A DNA stretch of 64,000 nucleotides, taken from positions 1 to 64,000 of the forward strand of contig NW_015167585.1 of the NCBI RefSeq assembly GCF_001447785.1, given 5' to 3'. Shown piece by piece: positions 1 through 11,300 of this stretch. A model generated the notes under the pieces. It was not told the origin of the DNA, searched no databases, and saw nothing but the letters and a program-made list of their open reading frames with translations. Position 1 is the stretch's first letter. Each line of letters opens with the position of its first letter. This DNA is from Gekko japonicus. Its lineage: Eukaryota. The position numbers and the translations under genes are program-made.

Positions 1-758
1 ATATTACTTGTTCTCACAGTTAAAAAAAAAGAACTTAGCAACTTGAGATCCTTACTTGCCTTAGCCTTCTTTTTGAGTGGCGTGGAAGCGGACGATTGCA
101 TCTTCAATGTCAAGAGCTTCGGCATCGGGCGGTCGACATCGGAGGTAGGTCTCGATGCCGGAGCTGTTGATGTAGACGGTCTCTCCTCCATCGATGATGC
201 AGGAGCAAGGGCTGATTCAAGCAGCGCCACTTTAAGGTGTCCAGCACGTTTTTTTCTCGTTTGGTTGGAGAAACGCGCACAATGACGACAGGACTCTGGC
301 TTGTGAGACTCTCCAAGGCAAAAAATGCAAAGGGTATGACGGTCGGGTAGAGTACATTTGCTACCGCAACCCTTGCACCTATTAAAAAATCCCCACTTCT
401 TCTCCATACAAGAAAAGGAGAGGGAACGTTTGAGGGGTGGGGGTAGCCCGAATGGGCTGAGGTAAACTCCTCAGCAGAAAGCAAATTTTTTTAAAACTGT
501 TTTTGAAGAAGAGACAAGCAAAAATAAAGTAAAAGAAAATGTGGAAATAATTCCTAAGAGCTGTATGGCGAAAGCTAACAGCGAACCAACTGGACCGACG
601 AAGAAGAGGTCTACTCAACGCGGCGGTAAGAAAGGAAATGGTGGGATGTCTGTGCCCACCCCTCTGGGCATGCGCGGTGGGGTTCCTGCGCATGCCCGAG
701 GGATTGGGCGTGAAAATCCATTAAAATGGGTGTGAAGCACAGAGACCACGTTGAAGAT
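1..758 (-). mobile_element. DIRS1-like tyrosine-recombinase retrotransposon 5' end: terminal repeat plus gag ORF (ATG at 407, open to the window edge)
   Basis: MEKKWGFFNRCKGCGSKCTLPDRHTLCIFCLGESHKPESCRHCARFSNQTRKKRAGHLK matches the DIRS1 gag Cys/His pattern. Terminal ...GTGGTCTCTGTGCTTCACAC and a GGGCATGCGC inverted repeat at 660-702. Confidence 0.82.
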
Positions 759-1084
759 CACTGCTTGCCTCCCTTCCATCCTCAGTTTCCACCTTGCCTA
801 GCTTGCCCCTCCCATTGTCAGTGCAGCACTTGCTTGTCTCCCCCCCGTTAGAGCTCTGCCCTCTTGCCCCCCATCTTCAGTTTGCTGCCTCCCCCCATCA
901 GTGCAGTGCTTGCTTGGTTCTGGTTCCCCCCATCGTCAGTGCTCCCCCTCCCCCCATGACAGCTTGCTGCTTACCTGCCCACTCCCCCCACCATTCTCAC
1001 CACCGAGCGGCTGAGGAAAAAGGAAGAGGCTTCGAAGGCAGGGCAGGCTGACCAGGGGGTCATCTCCACAGCGGGTACAGCTGT

Positions 1085-1260
1085 GAGCCAGTTTGGTGTA
1101 GTGGTTAAGTGTGCGGACTCTAATCTGGGAGAGCCGGGTTTGATTCCCCACTCCTCCACTTGCACCTGGCTGGATGACCTTGGGTAAGCCATAGTTCTGA
1201 TAAGGGCTGTTCTTGAAAAAGAGCCGTTTCTGTCAAGAGCTCTCTCAAATCCAATCTCAT
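1085..1260 (+). mobile_element. tRNA-derived squamate SINE
   Basis: A box TGGTGTAGTGG and B box GGTTTGATTCCC; shared body with other copies. Confidence 0.85.
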
Positions 1261-1449
1261 CTTCTTCCTCTTCTGATGGCATGGTAGGCAGTCGTTCCCC
1301 TTTCCTGTCACACCACCGTTTATCCGGCCCTCACCATCGCTGCACCTGTTTCCTGTGCTTCCGAGGCGGAGAGCTGTGGTGGGCGCTGCCTACCACGGCA
1401 GCACTGGTAGGAAAGGGCAGACTTTGAGGGCTCCTCTCCCAGCCACTCG

Positions 1450-1688
1450 AAGCAGAGGTCCATCAGTGGCTATTAGCCACAAGGTATAGATAGGGACTCT
1501 GGGGCAAGTGATGCTCTGTCATCTTGGTGCTTGGGGGGGGGGGTCAACAGTGGGAGGGCTTCTAATGTCCTGGCCCCACTGGTGGACCTCCTGATGGCAC
1601 TGGTATTTCTGGCCACTGTGGGATACAGAGTGTTGGACTGGATGGGCCTTTGGCCTGATCCAACATTGGCATCTCTTATGTTCTTATG
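1450..1688 (+). mobile_element. CR1 3' UTR fragment
   Basis: GGTCCATCAGTGGCTATTAGCC...CTTATGTTCTTATG; same family as 2395-2650, 31310-31465, 34180-34545, 45790-45898 and 60290-60598. Confidence 0.85.
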
Positions 1689-2394
1689 TAAGTGATGCCT
1701 GTGTCTCTCCCTGGCTGGTGCTCTGCCCTCGCACCCTCACCAGCTGTTGCCTGACTGAAGTGCCTCCCCCCTTCCACACCGCTCCAATGGAGAAGTGATG
1801 TCTACACACATGCAGGTAATGCTCCCGTTTTAAGGGAATTTAAACCTCCTCCAATGTATTCCCCCCCCCCCGATTTTTCTGCAAACCTCGGGGGGGGGGA
1901 TCACCTAAGTGTGCAGAAAAACTTGTTCGGGGGAAGTATGCCCCCTACCTGCAGGAATAAGTATCTGCACAGAGGGGACTGTTGGGAATTAGATATACAG
2001 AGCAGTCTCTGTATATTTCTTGATTAAAGTCTTTGCCACAGGAGTCCTGTCCCAATGAGGCATGGATCATCTGCCTAGGACAGATATCTAGATTTTAAGA
2101 CAAATTGATTTTTCAGGCTATATCACAGCAGAATGCTGAAAAAGGTCTGAAACTTAATACGGCTGCTCCTGCGGCCATTGAATTTGATAGTAGTGCAGAT
2201 TAACAAACTAGATCATCTATACTGCTGTTTATACATTCACTGTGTCGGTCAACCAAAAAGATTAGCTAGTTATGCTTTTGGAGATTCTGGAAGACTGTTA
2301 GGACTGAGAAAGTACTTTTTAGACCCCCACCCCTCGCAAATGATGTCTCCTCTCACAGAGCTTATACATTCAAATGTCTTAGACATTCTGATGG

Positions 2395-2650
2395 TCCATC
2401 AGTGGATCTTAGCCAAAAGATATAGATGGAACACTCTGTCTGGGGCAGTGATGCTCTGTCTTCTTGGAGCTTGGGTGGCTACAGCTGGAGGGCTTCTGGA
2501 GTTCTGGTCCTGCTGGTGGACTTCCTGATGGAACGGCGGTTTTGCCTACTGTGTGTTGGACTGGATGGACCATTGGCCTGATGTGTTGGACTGGATGGAC
2601 CATTGGCCTGATCCGATATGGCTTCTCTTATATTCAACTTCTTATGTTCT
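2395..2650 (+). mobile_element. CR1 3' UTR fragment with internal tandem duplication
   Basis: Same 3' UTR; TGTGTTGGACTGGATGGACCATTGGCCTGA occurs twice. Confidence 0.8.
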
Positions 2651-3010
2651 CTTCACAGCCATAAGGACCACAAAGCTTACTGATAGTTGAGATAACAGTG
2701 AACTACATACTCAGTCCCAATTTCTGCATTTGTGTGGTCGAATCCAGCCAGAATAAAATGAATACATTTAACAAGCCACTTCGTGAAGAGCATATAACCC
2801 ATACCCACTATACATATTAATACTATTAATATGTATTAATATTAATCAAAAATCTAAAAAAGAAAATCAGTCTGATCATACAACTGATATCCCCAAATTA
2901 ATATATTTAACAGAGGCCCAAAATGATACTGTGTGTGCATATTACACTTTTCACTCTAGGGTAATTGAAAATTTTGGACTTTCACCAATTGGCTTTTCTT
3001 GGTACCTACT

Positions 3011-4634
3011 TAGAGATGTGAAGGCCTGGAAAAAAACCGGAAAAATTTGGAAAAAAACTTTTTTTCCGAAAAATTGAAAAAAAAGAAAAGAAATTGATTA
3101 CGCAATAGCAATCTGCTGGTAAAACAGATAACAAACTTGAAAGCTGGTACTGTTGCATCAATCAACAGCTTACAATTTTATTTCTGAGTTATAATGGAAC
3201 TAGCAGTAAAGCCCGTTGTGAAAGCAATACAACGGGATCTCGAAAGAGGCTCTGGGGCAGTGCTCTGGCTTTGGGCAAACAGTGTCAATTTGCTGTGGTG
3301 ACCTCAGCAGGGTATAATGACAGAGTCCACTGTTTTCTCCAGAAGAACTGATCTCTGCTACCTGAAGAGCAGTTGTAATTGTGAGTGATCTGTAGCCCTC
3401 ACCTGGAGATTGGCAGCAATTGTTACCCAGGACAAAATGGCTGGTTTGGAGGGTGTAGTCTATGGCATTCTACCTGTCTGAGGTCCCACCCCTCTGCAAA
3501 CCCCACCCTCTCCAGGCTCCACCCCTCAAATCCCCAGGAATTTGTCAGCATGTAGTTGGCAACCCCATCTCCTTCCCAGCTAGCCACCAACCTACCATTA
3601 TCTGCCCCTTTGACTTCAGCTGACTTCTGCCCTCCCTTCTGCAGAGCAGTTGTAATACTGAGTGCTCTCCAGCCCTCACCTGGAGATTGGCAACAATGGT
3701 TCCCTATGTGAGACTGACTGGTTTGGAGGGTGGAGTCTATGGCAGTGTACCTGTCTGAGGTCCCACCCCTCCTCAAACCTCACCCTCTTCAGGCTCCATC
3801 CCTCAAATCTCCAGGAATTTCCCATCTGGAGTTGGCAACCCTATCAGGACTGGCCCCAATGTGTTTTCTCCCAAAGGCCAAAGTAGGTGACAGGACCAAG
3901 CTTAGTTGCCTACCAACAGGCACTGAGGGGAATGTAGGGTTGCCAGCTCTAAGGAGGGAAATACCTGGAGGTTTGGGGGGTGGATTCTGTAGAGGGCAGC
4001 ATTGGGCGGAGCGGAAGGACTCAGCAGGTATAATGTCATAGGGTCTACCCTCCAAAGCAGCCATTTTCTCCAGGGGAAACTGATCTCTGTCATCTGGAAA
4101 TCAATTGTAGCAGTGGGAGATCTCCAGGTCCCACCTGGAGTTTGGCAACCCTAGGGGAAAGTGTGCTGCACAGCAGGGGGTTGAAGAGAATGGTTTGATG
4201 GGTGCTGGGCCAAGATTGGCAACAATAGTTCCCCAGGAGCAAATAGCTGGGTTGGAGGGTGGAGTCTATGGCACTGTAACCTGTCTGAGGTCCCCATCTC
4301 CCCAGGCAGCTTTTAAAACATGATCCTGGGACCTACACACCACCAGACATTCCAACTGCCTTGCGGGGGGGAGTATGAGGTGTGGAATGGAGTGAAGTCC
4401 AATCAGCTTCCATATGCAAAAGACCTTGAAGGTTCCATATGCAACTGACATTCCAACTGCCTTGCGGGGAGGGGGGTGAGTTTGAGGTGTGGAATGCAGT
4501 GAAGTCCAATCAGCTTCCATATGCAAAAGACCTTGAAACACTGGGCGGGACTGCACAAAGCATTCCGTTTTTTTCCCGGGAAAAAAACCCTGTTTTTTCC
4601 CCGAGCTTCAAAATTTCCAGAAATTTTACATCTA
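3011..4634. mobile_element. hAT-type non-autonomous element (TAGAGATGT termini, 8-bp TSD TACCTACT) containing a nested Helitron and repeat array
   Basis: TACCTACT at 3003-3010 and 4635-4642; imperfect terminal inverted repeats; CCGGAAAA/TTTTCCGG subterminal motifs. Confidence 0.65.
3200..4545 (-). mobile_element. Non-autonomous Helitron, 3' part, internally expanded
   Basis: CTAG terminus at 3200-3203 with a CCCGTTGT..ACAACGGG hairpin; homologous (inverted) to 38151-38657. Confidence 0.68.
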
Positions 4635-5379
4635 TACCTACTTTGTACTGAAAAGCAAGATAAAATTATTTTTATATTTTTAAAAGAATACCATGGATTC
4701 CCCGGAGAATCTGTGAAAAGCACTCATTTCTAATAATTATCCAAATGTGACCTTTTCTCCTATAATCCACCCACCAAGCCATCTGGTGTGCCGGCTCCAT
4801 GCCTGCCCAAGGAAGCGCTCCCCACCATCTAGCTGCCAGGGTTCCAAGAGGCTGCCGCCTTGTCCGGCACCCCACCGCGTTACTGGTGTTGGCCAGGGGG
4901 CAGGAGATCAGCATTCATGGCTTACCTGTTGGGGAGTTGCCGCCCCTTGGGATCCTGGCGTACAGGCCCTGGACTTTGCTCTCCTGGCGCTCTCTTTCCC
5001 CCCACATGCTCTTCCAAGGGTGCCAGATGTCCTGTGCCCGTGTTTCCCACCACTGAGGTGGGCGCATGCTCACTTAGTCCACACAACAGGGAGCTGCCTG
5101 GCTGTATCCCGTGCTGCAAACCCTACCTCTGAAGTTATGAACTAGCAGGGCCATTTGTAAGGTGGGGTAGGCCGGAGGGGGTGAGGTGCACTCTCGGTCA
5201 GAATCCTGAGCTGCTTGGGCTCTTCAGGGCGTGGCCACAGGGGTCTGGGGAGAGTTTCGGCGGCAAGCCAATTCAGATCAGTGAATCTGAATCGACCCGC
5301 AGCAGCCCGAAAGGGACCCAAATGGGCCATTTTTGGGGGTGCATTTGGTTCAGATTAACCGAATGCACATCCCTAATTT

Positions 5380-7100
5380 GCATTTAGCCACAGGCCATTA
5401 CAAACCAAGGATAACAACAGAGGGGAATACTATAAATATGAATAATGGTATAAAATAGAGTAAAAGTTAAGATATAATAAAACCATAAAACTGAAGCTAT
5501 AAGCAATCAATTAAGTCAAAAGGTGTCCACTAAGATCAATATTAATTAGTTACCATAAGAACAGCATTGGCCCATATTTTCTTTGCAGCCAAGGCATATA
5601 AAGCCATTCTATAAGATACGTTGGCATTGGAATCAGCTAACAAGAATACAATCTTTTCAGAGTCTGAATAGAAACTTAAGTCTGATAAAATACCGGAGAG
5701 AAATGTCAACTTACCTTGGGTATACATTGAGCATTCAAGAATGGTGAAGAGCCACAAATACGAAAGTGCTGTTCCTTATGTGTTCTACTATAGCAGCCAG
5801 CTAGTACGGCCATTGGCATTCATTCAAAACGCAAAGATGTGAAAGCTGCTCTGAGGTTATGATTATCTATACTAACGAGGTAAGAGGATCTAAGATGGTC
5901 ATTCTTAAATTATTTGAACCAGGGAGCAGACTGTGATTTTAAAATTAACTGTCTAACGGAGCATCACACTTAAATACCCAATCTCTAAGTTGTGAACTGT
6001 TTGTTGAAGAACTATGAAGGTAATCAGGAATGGAGTATCTTGATAATAGATTATTAAGAAAACAAGAATGCTCTAAATCTTTGGATAGCATTGAATTAAA
6101 TGCCAGTTGACTGAATGAGTCAGAAATGGCAGCTCTGATTTTCTTCCAAGATTTTAGAACAACAAGATGCAACTGCGCCCTTAAGGAAGGTTGTTGAGGA
6201 TATGAGAAACCTTCACCTTCAGTTTTTCATAAGTCCATTGGATATCAAGGTCTAGAAAGATGTCGTATTATTTCTATTGAATGAATCAAATTATGCCAAC
6301 TTTCAAACTGCACCCTTCTCTTGGACTCCCTAATGTGACTTCTATACTCTCGCTTCAAAGTAAGATGGCTATTCAGATTTTCCTGGGTATTTGACTTTCT
6401 AAACTGTTGGAGAGCATATCATATTGCACACCTCAATGTATGACAACCTTCATTATCCATCTTTGGTGGGTAATTTTTCTAATGCCAAAAATTTAGTGTG
6501 ACATGGATGAAACAGCATGAATAAACCAGTTAATTTCTCTATATTAATTTGAACAGAGAATGAAAACTTGAGTCCCTGTTTTAGCTAGGCAGAGTCTGGA
6601 ATTAGAGATGTCTCAACTACATTATTTGATATTTCATTTGTCCACCTAAGACAGTGGTTCTCAACCTGTGGGTCGCAATCCCTTTGTGGGTAGAACGACC
6701 CTTTCACAGGGGTCGCCTAAGACCATCGGAAAACACAAATTTTCGATGGTCTTATGATAGCAATGAAAATAATTTTATGGTTGGGGGTCACCACAACATG
6801 AGGAACTGTATTAAAGGGTTGCGGCATTAGGAAGATTGAGAACTACTGACCTAAGAGAACATAGCCGAAAATCCCTAACAACAATTTGGGTATTAAATTT
6901 AATACCCATATTATCCCCTTGCTTTATTTGAAGGATTAGATGTAGCAGTAAGGGATCACTCACAACATAGTTATCGACCAGAAACAGCTTAACCAATGAA
7001 AACATATCAGGAGACAAAAAACCAACTACACTTGCACCTTGGGAATTCATAAAGGTGTAATCACCCTTTGTATCGAAAAGGTGCACCTGTTAGCAATAGT
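5380..7100 (-). mobile_element. Decayed non-LTR retrotransposon (LINE) ORF2 3' fragment, clade uncertain
   Basis: RAAFTSLRFE.MPMAVLAG-like C-terminal motif at about 5850-5790, AT-rich tail, interrupted by the SPIN MITE. Confidence 0.55.
6652..6848 (+). mobile_element. SPIN (Space Invader, hAT-Charlie; URR1-like) MITE
   Basis: CAGTGGTTCTCAACCT..AGATTGAGAACTACTG TIRs, exact 8-bp TSD ACCTAAGA, internal sequence matches the URR1/SPIN consensus as recalled. Confidence 0.88.
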
Positions 7101-7636
7101 AATTGGCAAGAGGGGCCACCAGATTGGGAGGAAAGCAGTCAAGGTGCCACTGCCAACCCTCCAGGAGAACCTCAAAGAAGGAATTTGGCCCCCGTGGTAA
7201 CCTAACTGTGGGAGCGGAAGGCCCAAAGGCAGAGCCTCCGTGGTGTGAAGGGGAGTTAGGAGATTGTCCCTCTTAGCAGGCAACCCACAACAGGACAGTG
7301 GTGGCAGCGGGTACCCTAGTGGAAGGAAGTGGAACAGCTCCCTCCTGGAGGCGGCAACTCAAAGGAGGGGGTGGGCAGGACAGATTCTACAAGCTGAGCA
7401 GGCCTGTTACATCACATGACTACATGTGCGTTTCCTAATGCGGCCCCCAGCCTGTGGAATGGCCAGCCAGAAGCTAAGAAGGCCCCCCCATGCTTCTGTC
7501 ATTCTACAAACTATTGAAAGAACTGTTCAGGAGGACATTGCTATAAAGGTAATATGGCTCGAACAGAATGGTTCAGGAAGGTGCTTTGATAAACAGAACA
7601 CGTCTGTCGACCATACCGTTGTGTACAGCATGCATT

Positions 7637-7790
7637 CCCCTGACCCGGATGGCCCAGGGCCGACCCGGCTTAGCTTTCGATATTCTTATCAGATCTCAGA
7701 AGCTAAGCAGGGTCAGCCCTGCTTAGTACTTGGGGGAGACCACCAGGGAATTCCAGGGTCGCTATACAGAGGCAGGCAATGGGGTTCATT
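7637..7790 (+). mobile_element. 5S rRNA-derived SINE
   Basis: GATCTCAGAAGCTAAGCAGGGTCAGCCCTG.TTAGTACTTGG..GAGACC 5S-like head; diverged. Confidence 0.72.
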
Positions 7791-7919
7791 AACACCCCCC
7801 CCCCTTTCCACACTTTCCTTGCACAGGAATACAGGATAACCATATGCTGAACACAGAGTTCAGAACTCAAGCGCTTGCAAAAGACTTCAGAAACAGCAGC
7901 CAAGGCAATTGTAAATTGT

Positions 7920-7930
7920 TTTATTTTATT
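7920..7930 (-). terminator. Two overlapping AATAAA polyadenylation signals of SAFB (3' UTR about 300 nt)
   Basis: TTTATT at 7920-7925 and 7925-7930 on the plus strand, about 290 nt after the stop and following a U-rich UTR. Confidence 0.75.
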
Positions 7931-8212
7931 TATAGAAAATGGAATGCCTCATAAAAGAAATGCATTTTCTTTTAAGGGGGGGTAGTTGTAAGGGTAGCAC
8001 GTACAGGAACACGTTACCAAAAAACAAAACAAAGAGGGGGAAAAAAACAACCCCAAACCTGAATGGGTTCACATTTTGAGCTACGAAGTAAAACAACAAA
8101 GGTTAACTTAAGAGTCACAGTCAGTGGGACACTGAGCAGTAGTGTTGTAGTCTCTGTTGCCGTTGTACAGTTGGGGGGACGGGGCGGGGGGGCGGGGGAG
8201 CCGATAAAACAT

Positions 8213-8342
8213 TCAATAGCGGCGACTGAACCGAGGATCGCTGGGCCGGCTCCCTCTGTCCTGCCCTGAGAAGCCTTCATCTTCTGCCTCTCCACCATGC
8301 GAGGCTTGGCCCTCTGTGCTGCTGGGCACGAAGCGACCCCGC
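8213..8342 (-). CDS. SAFB: SAFB exon 21 coding part (stop TGA)
   Basis: cttag|[42 protein letters not shown]. Confidence 0.93.
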
Positions 8343-11300
8343 CTAAGGAAAGGTGACACAATCAAGGCTTCGTGAGCAACCGCTCAGCCTGAGGTGACAT
8401 AAGCTTGCGGGGAGTTCCTGGGCCTGGTGGGGGAGGCTGTCAGGCTAAGACTTTGACAATCCCAAACACTTCCCAGCGGCCACGCTGGATCCTAATGCAA
8501 GGCTTCCGGACCAGGCTCGGCCACTGGTCTGAGCAGCTAGGAGACTGCTCTGCACTCGCCCGCTTAGCTTAACAGGAGTCAGGTCGGAGAGTTCTGCCTG
8601 TCTAGGGCTGCCCCCGACAGCTAAGCCTCCCTCACTGCAAAGGTGGAGTGGGCCAGCCAAGATGCTGAGTGATACCGGTCTCCTCCAGTTAAAAGGTACA
8701 CATCACCAAACAAAACAAAAACCAGGAGGGACTGCAGACTGCCTGGCCTTGCTGGATGATCAAGTTACCTGGTCTCCCCTCCCCAAGAAAAGCCCAACAA
8801 GGGAAAAAAGTTCAAGTGAGCAAACTAGCAGAAAAGCCTCACAGGATGCTTGTGTAACAAATGTACCCCTCATATTAATAAGAAGAGGTTTGGAGAGCGC
8901 AGAAGGTTAAAAAAAAAGGGGGGGGGGTAAAAGGAACTAAAAATCTACCCATGGGGAAGAAAGGGAGTTCTGAATTGCAGTGGCAAGTGCAAAGCTCCTT
9001 ACCCAGACATTCCACCTCGAATCCTATAGCCGCGTCTCCCTCTGCCCCCACCTGGAAGGAACACAAGCACGGTAAGGGCACGTCCACACTAAAAACGTCA
9101 ATGGCTTTGATACCCATCGAATTGTCCCATTCCTGTCCCCCACAGTAGTTGTGTCTGCAACGGCTGTCCCTTTGTCTACGGGTCCTCTGAGCTACTGGAC
9201 ACCTGCAGTCAAATAAGCTCCTGAGTTCAAACAGAAGCGCCACATCCTCACTGCTGGGGAGCCTGCCCAAAGCCGCTCACAACCTAAAACTTCATAAAAG
9301 CGATTAAAACCCACCGTTCCAGCACAGAACACCATTCCAGTACAGCAACATGATGAAGCGGCTTAAAATGGGTATTAAACGTTTTGCAGGCTAAAAACAG
9401 ACTATAACATGATGATCAACCCCTTACGTTAAAATAAATGTTTTGGGCTGGCACCTTAAAAAAAAAAGCAAAAAAAAAAGAAAAAAAAAAAGCCATAGCT
9501 TGTGAGGAAGAGCTTAGCCAGCAGGCTGGCCAGTACTGGGTCTGTGCTTCAAATAAGACATCTTCGCTTCCTCCTGTACATAGGCTCTATGTGATGTTCT
9601 ACTCACTGCCGGACTGACTGCTTTCCCTTCTCTAACAGAGCGTGAACCGAAACAACCTTCCTTAAGCAGTGTTCTGCACGGGAATGTTTGTGAATATTCT
9701 GTACCATTGTAATCAGTTTAGTCAGTCAGCACGAGACATTCTACTATCTATAAGCAGAACGCAATTACAAAATGCCCCTTAACTGACCTCCCACCCCACC
9801 CCACCCTTTTCCAGGTACAATTCCTGCTATAAGTATAGTGGGCAAATTTATTGATCAGAGCTGCTTTGGGAGAGACCTTTTGACCGAAAAGCAGGATAAA
9901 AATCTAATCGAGATTCTTCAAGTTTTCTCTGGCGCTCTCGGTGCTGAATAAAGAAAACAGTTACCTCGCCATCCATGTGTGTTGCTCTGCCAGGAGCGAT
10001 CCTGGCTGTCATCAAATTTCCTACTGTGATGTCCCCAGCTTCGTCCATCTCTGAAAAGAAGTTTTAGAGGCTCATCTTTTATTGATCTGCAGAAAGAACT
10101 CCCCCCCCCCCCCCCCCCCCCGAGGAATGCAGCTTTGGTCGACGTGAAGTTTTGTTACTGGAAGTTCAAAAAAATATACGGTAGCTCACTTTGCAGTGTC
10201 ACTTCAGGCAGCCACCTCATGATGCGAGCGGAGGGAGCCAGTGTGGTAGAGTGGCTGCTGTTCTGGACTAGGACCGGGGAGATCTGTGCTCTGATCCCCA
10301 CCTCTCCCATGAAGCTCAATGGGAGACCTTGGGCTAGTGTCTCTCTCTCTGTGGAACCTACTTGAAAGGCCTGTCTGGAGGACCAAAGGGGGGGGGGAAC
10401 TATGTGTTCTGGTCTGAGCTCCCTGGAGGAGAGGCAGGATAAAACTATCAGAGCAAGACAAATATCAACACTGGGGGATATCTCCCGCCTCCTGTTCTGT
10501 GACTAAGATGGTTGAACTTGACAACCCTACATCCTCAACCCTCAGGGAACAAGAAGTATTTATTGAAAAAAAGGAGAGATAAGTTGGTTTTGATATTTAA
10601 AGTTACAGGCATTTCATAGAACTGTGGAGCATTGTTTAATCTAAATGGATAGTGCCATAGAGATAACAATGCTCAGGTCATTCTGGTCAGCTGATGTGGA
10701 ATACCAGCTATCCTGAACTGACCTGAAAGCATCAAGACAAGCAATAAACACTTCTCTAAATATATCTGGAGCGGGAAACCAGCCAGAGAAGCAGTTGGGC
10801 CTTTGGATGACAAAGGAAGAAAGGGATTGCTAAAGATGGTGAGATGACAGAAAAGCGCAATGAATTTTTTTGCTTCTGTATTCAATGTGGAAAGTATGGG
10901 GCATGTACCCATGCCACACCCACTATTTTATGGAAGGCAGTCTGAAGAACTGAGCCACAATGAGGTGACCAAAGATGAAGTTCTAGTAACCAGTAAGTCT
11001 CCAGGTCCTGATGACTTACACCAGAGAGTTCTTGGGGAACTCATATAATAGGTTACATATACAGGTTAGTACATCAACTATCGCTAAATTCAACCGCTGT
11101 AACCAGAAGACTGGAGAATAGTAAATGTTACACCAAAAAGGGATCTGGGGGGGAACCAGGAAATTACTGGCCAGTCAGCCTAAGATCTGTCCCAGGCAAA
11201 TCAGTAGAAACTGTAATCAAAGACAGAATTGTTAGGCACAAAGAGGAACAATGCCTGCTGAGGGAAAATCAGCATGGCTTCTGCAAAGGGAAGTCCTGCC

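Noticed and set aside
7637-7790. 5S rRNA gene, and tRNA genes at SINE heads
   Set aside because: Diverged, dispersed and fused to SINE bodies; not functional RNA genes.
760-7900. Neighbouring gene exons downstream of SAFB
   Set aside because: No recognisable coding exons found; the region is mostly repeats, so synteny could not be used to confirm paralogue names.
8173-8198. G-run cluster just after the stop codon
   Set aside because: The G-rich strand is the template, and such runs are frequent throughout this window.
9193-9283. Alternative candidate for exon 20 (GCERLWAG...)
   Set aside because: No phase-2 donor to join exon 21 and runs to a stop; 9003-9051 fits both phase and homology.
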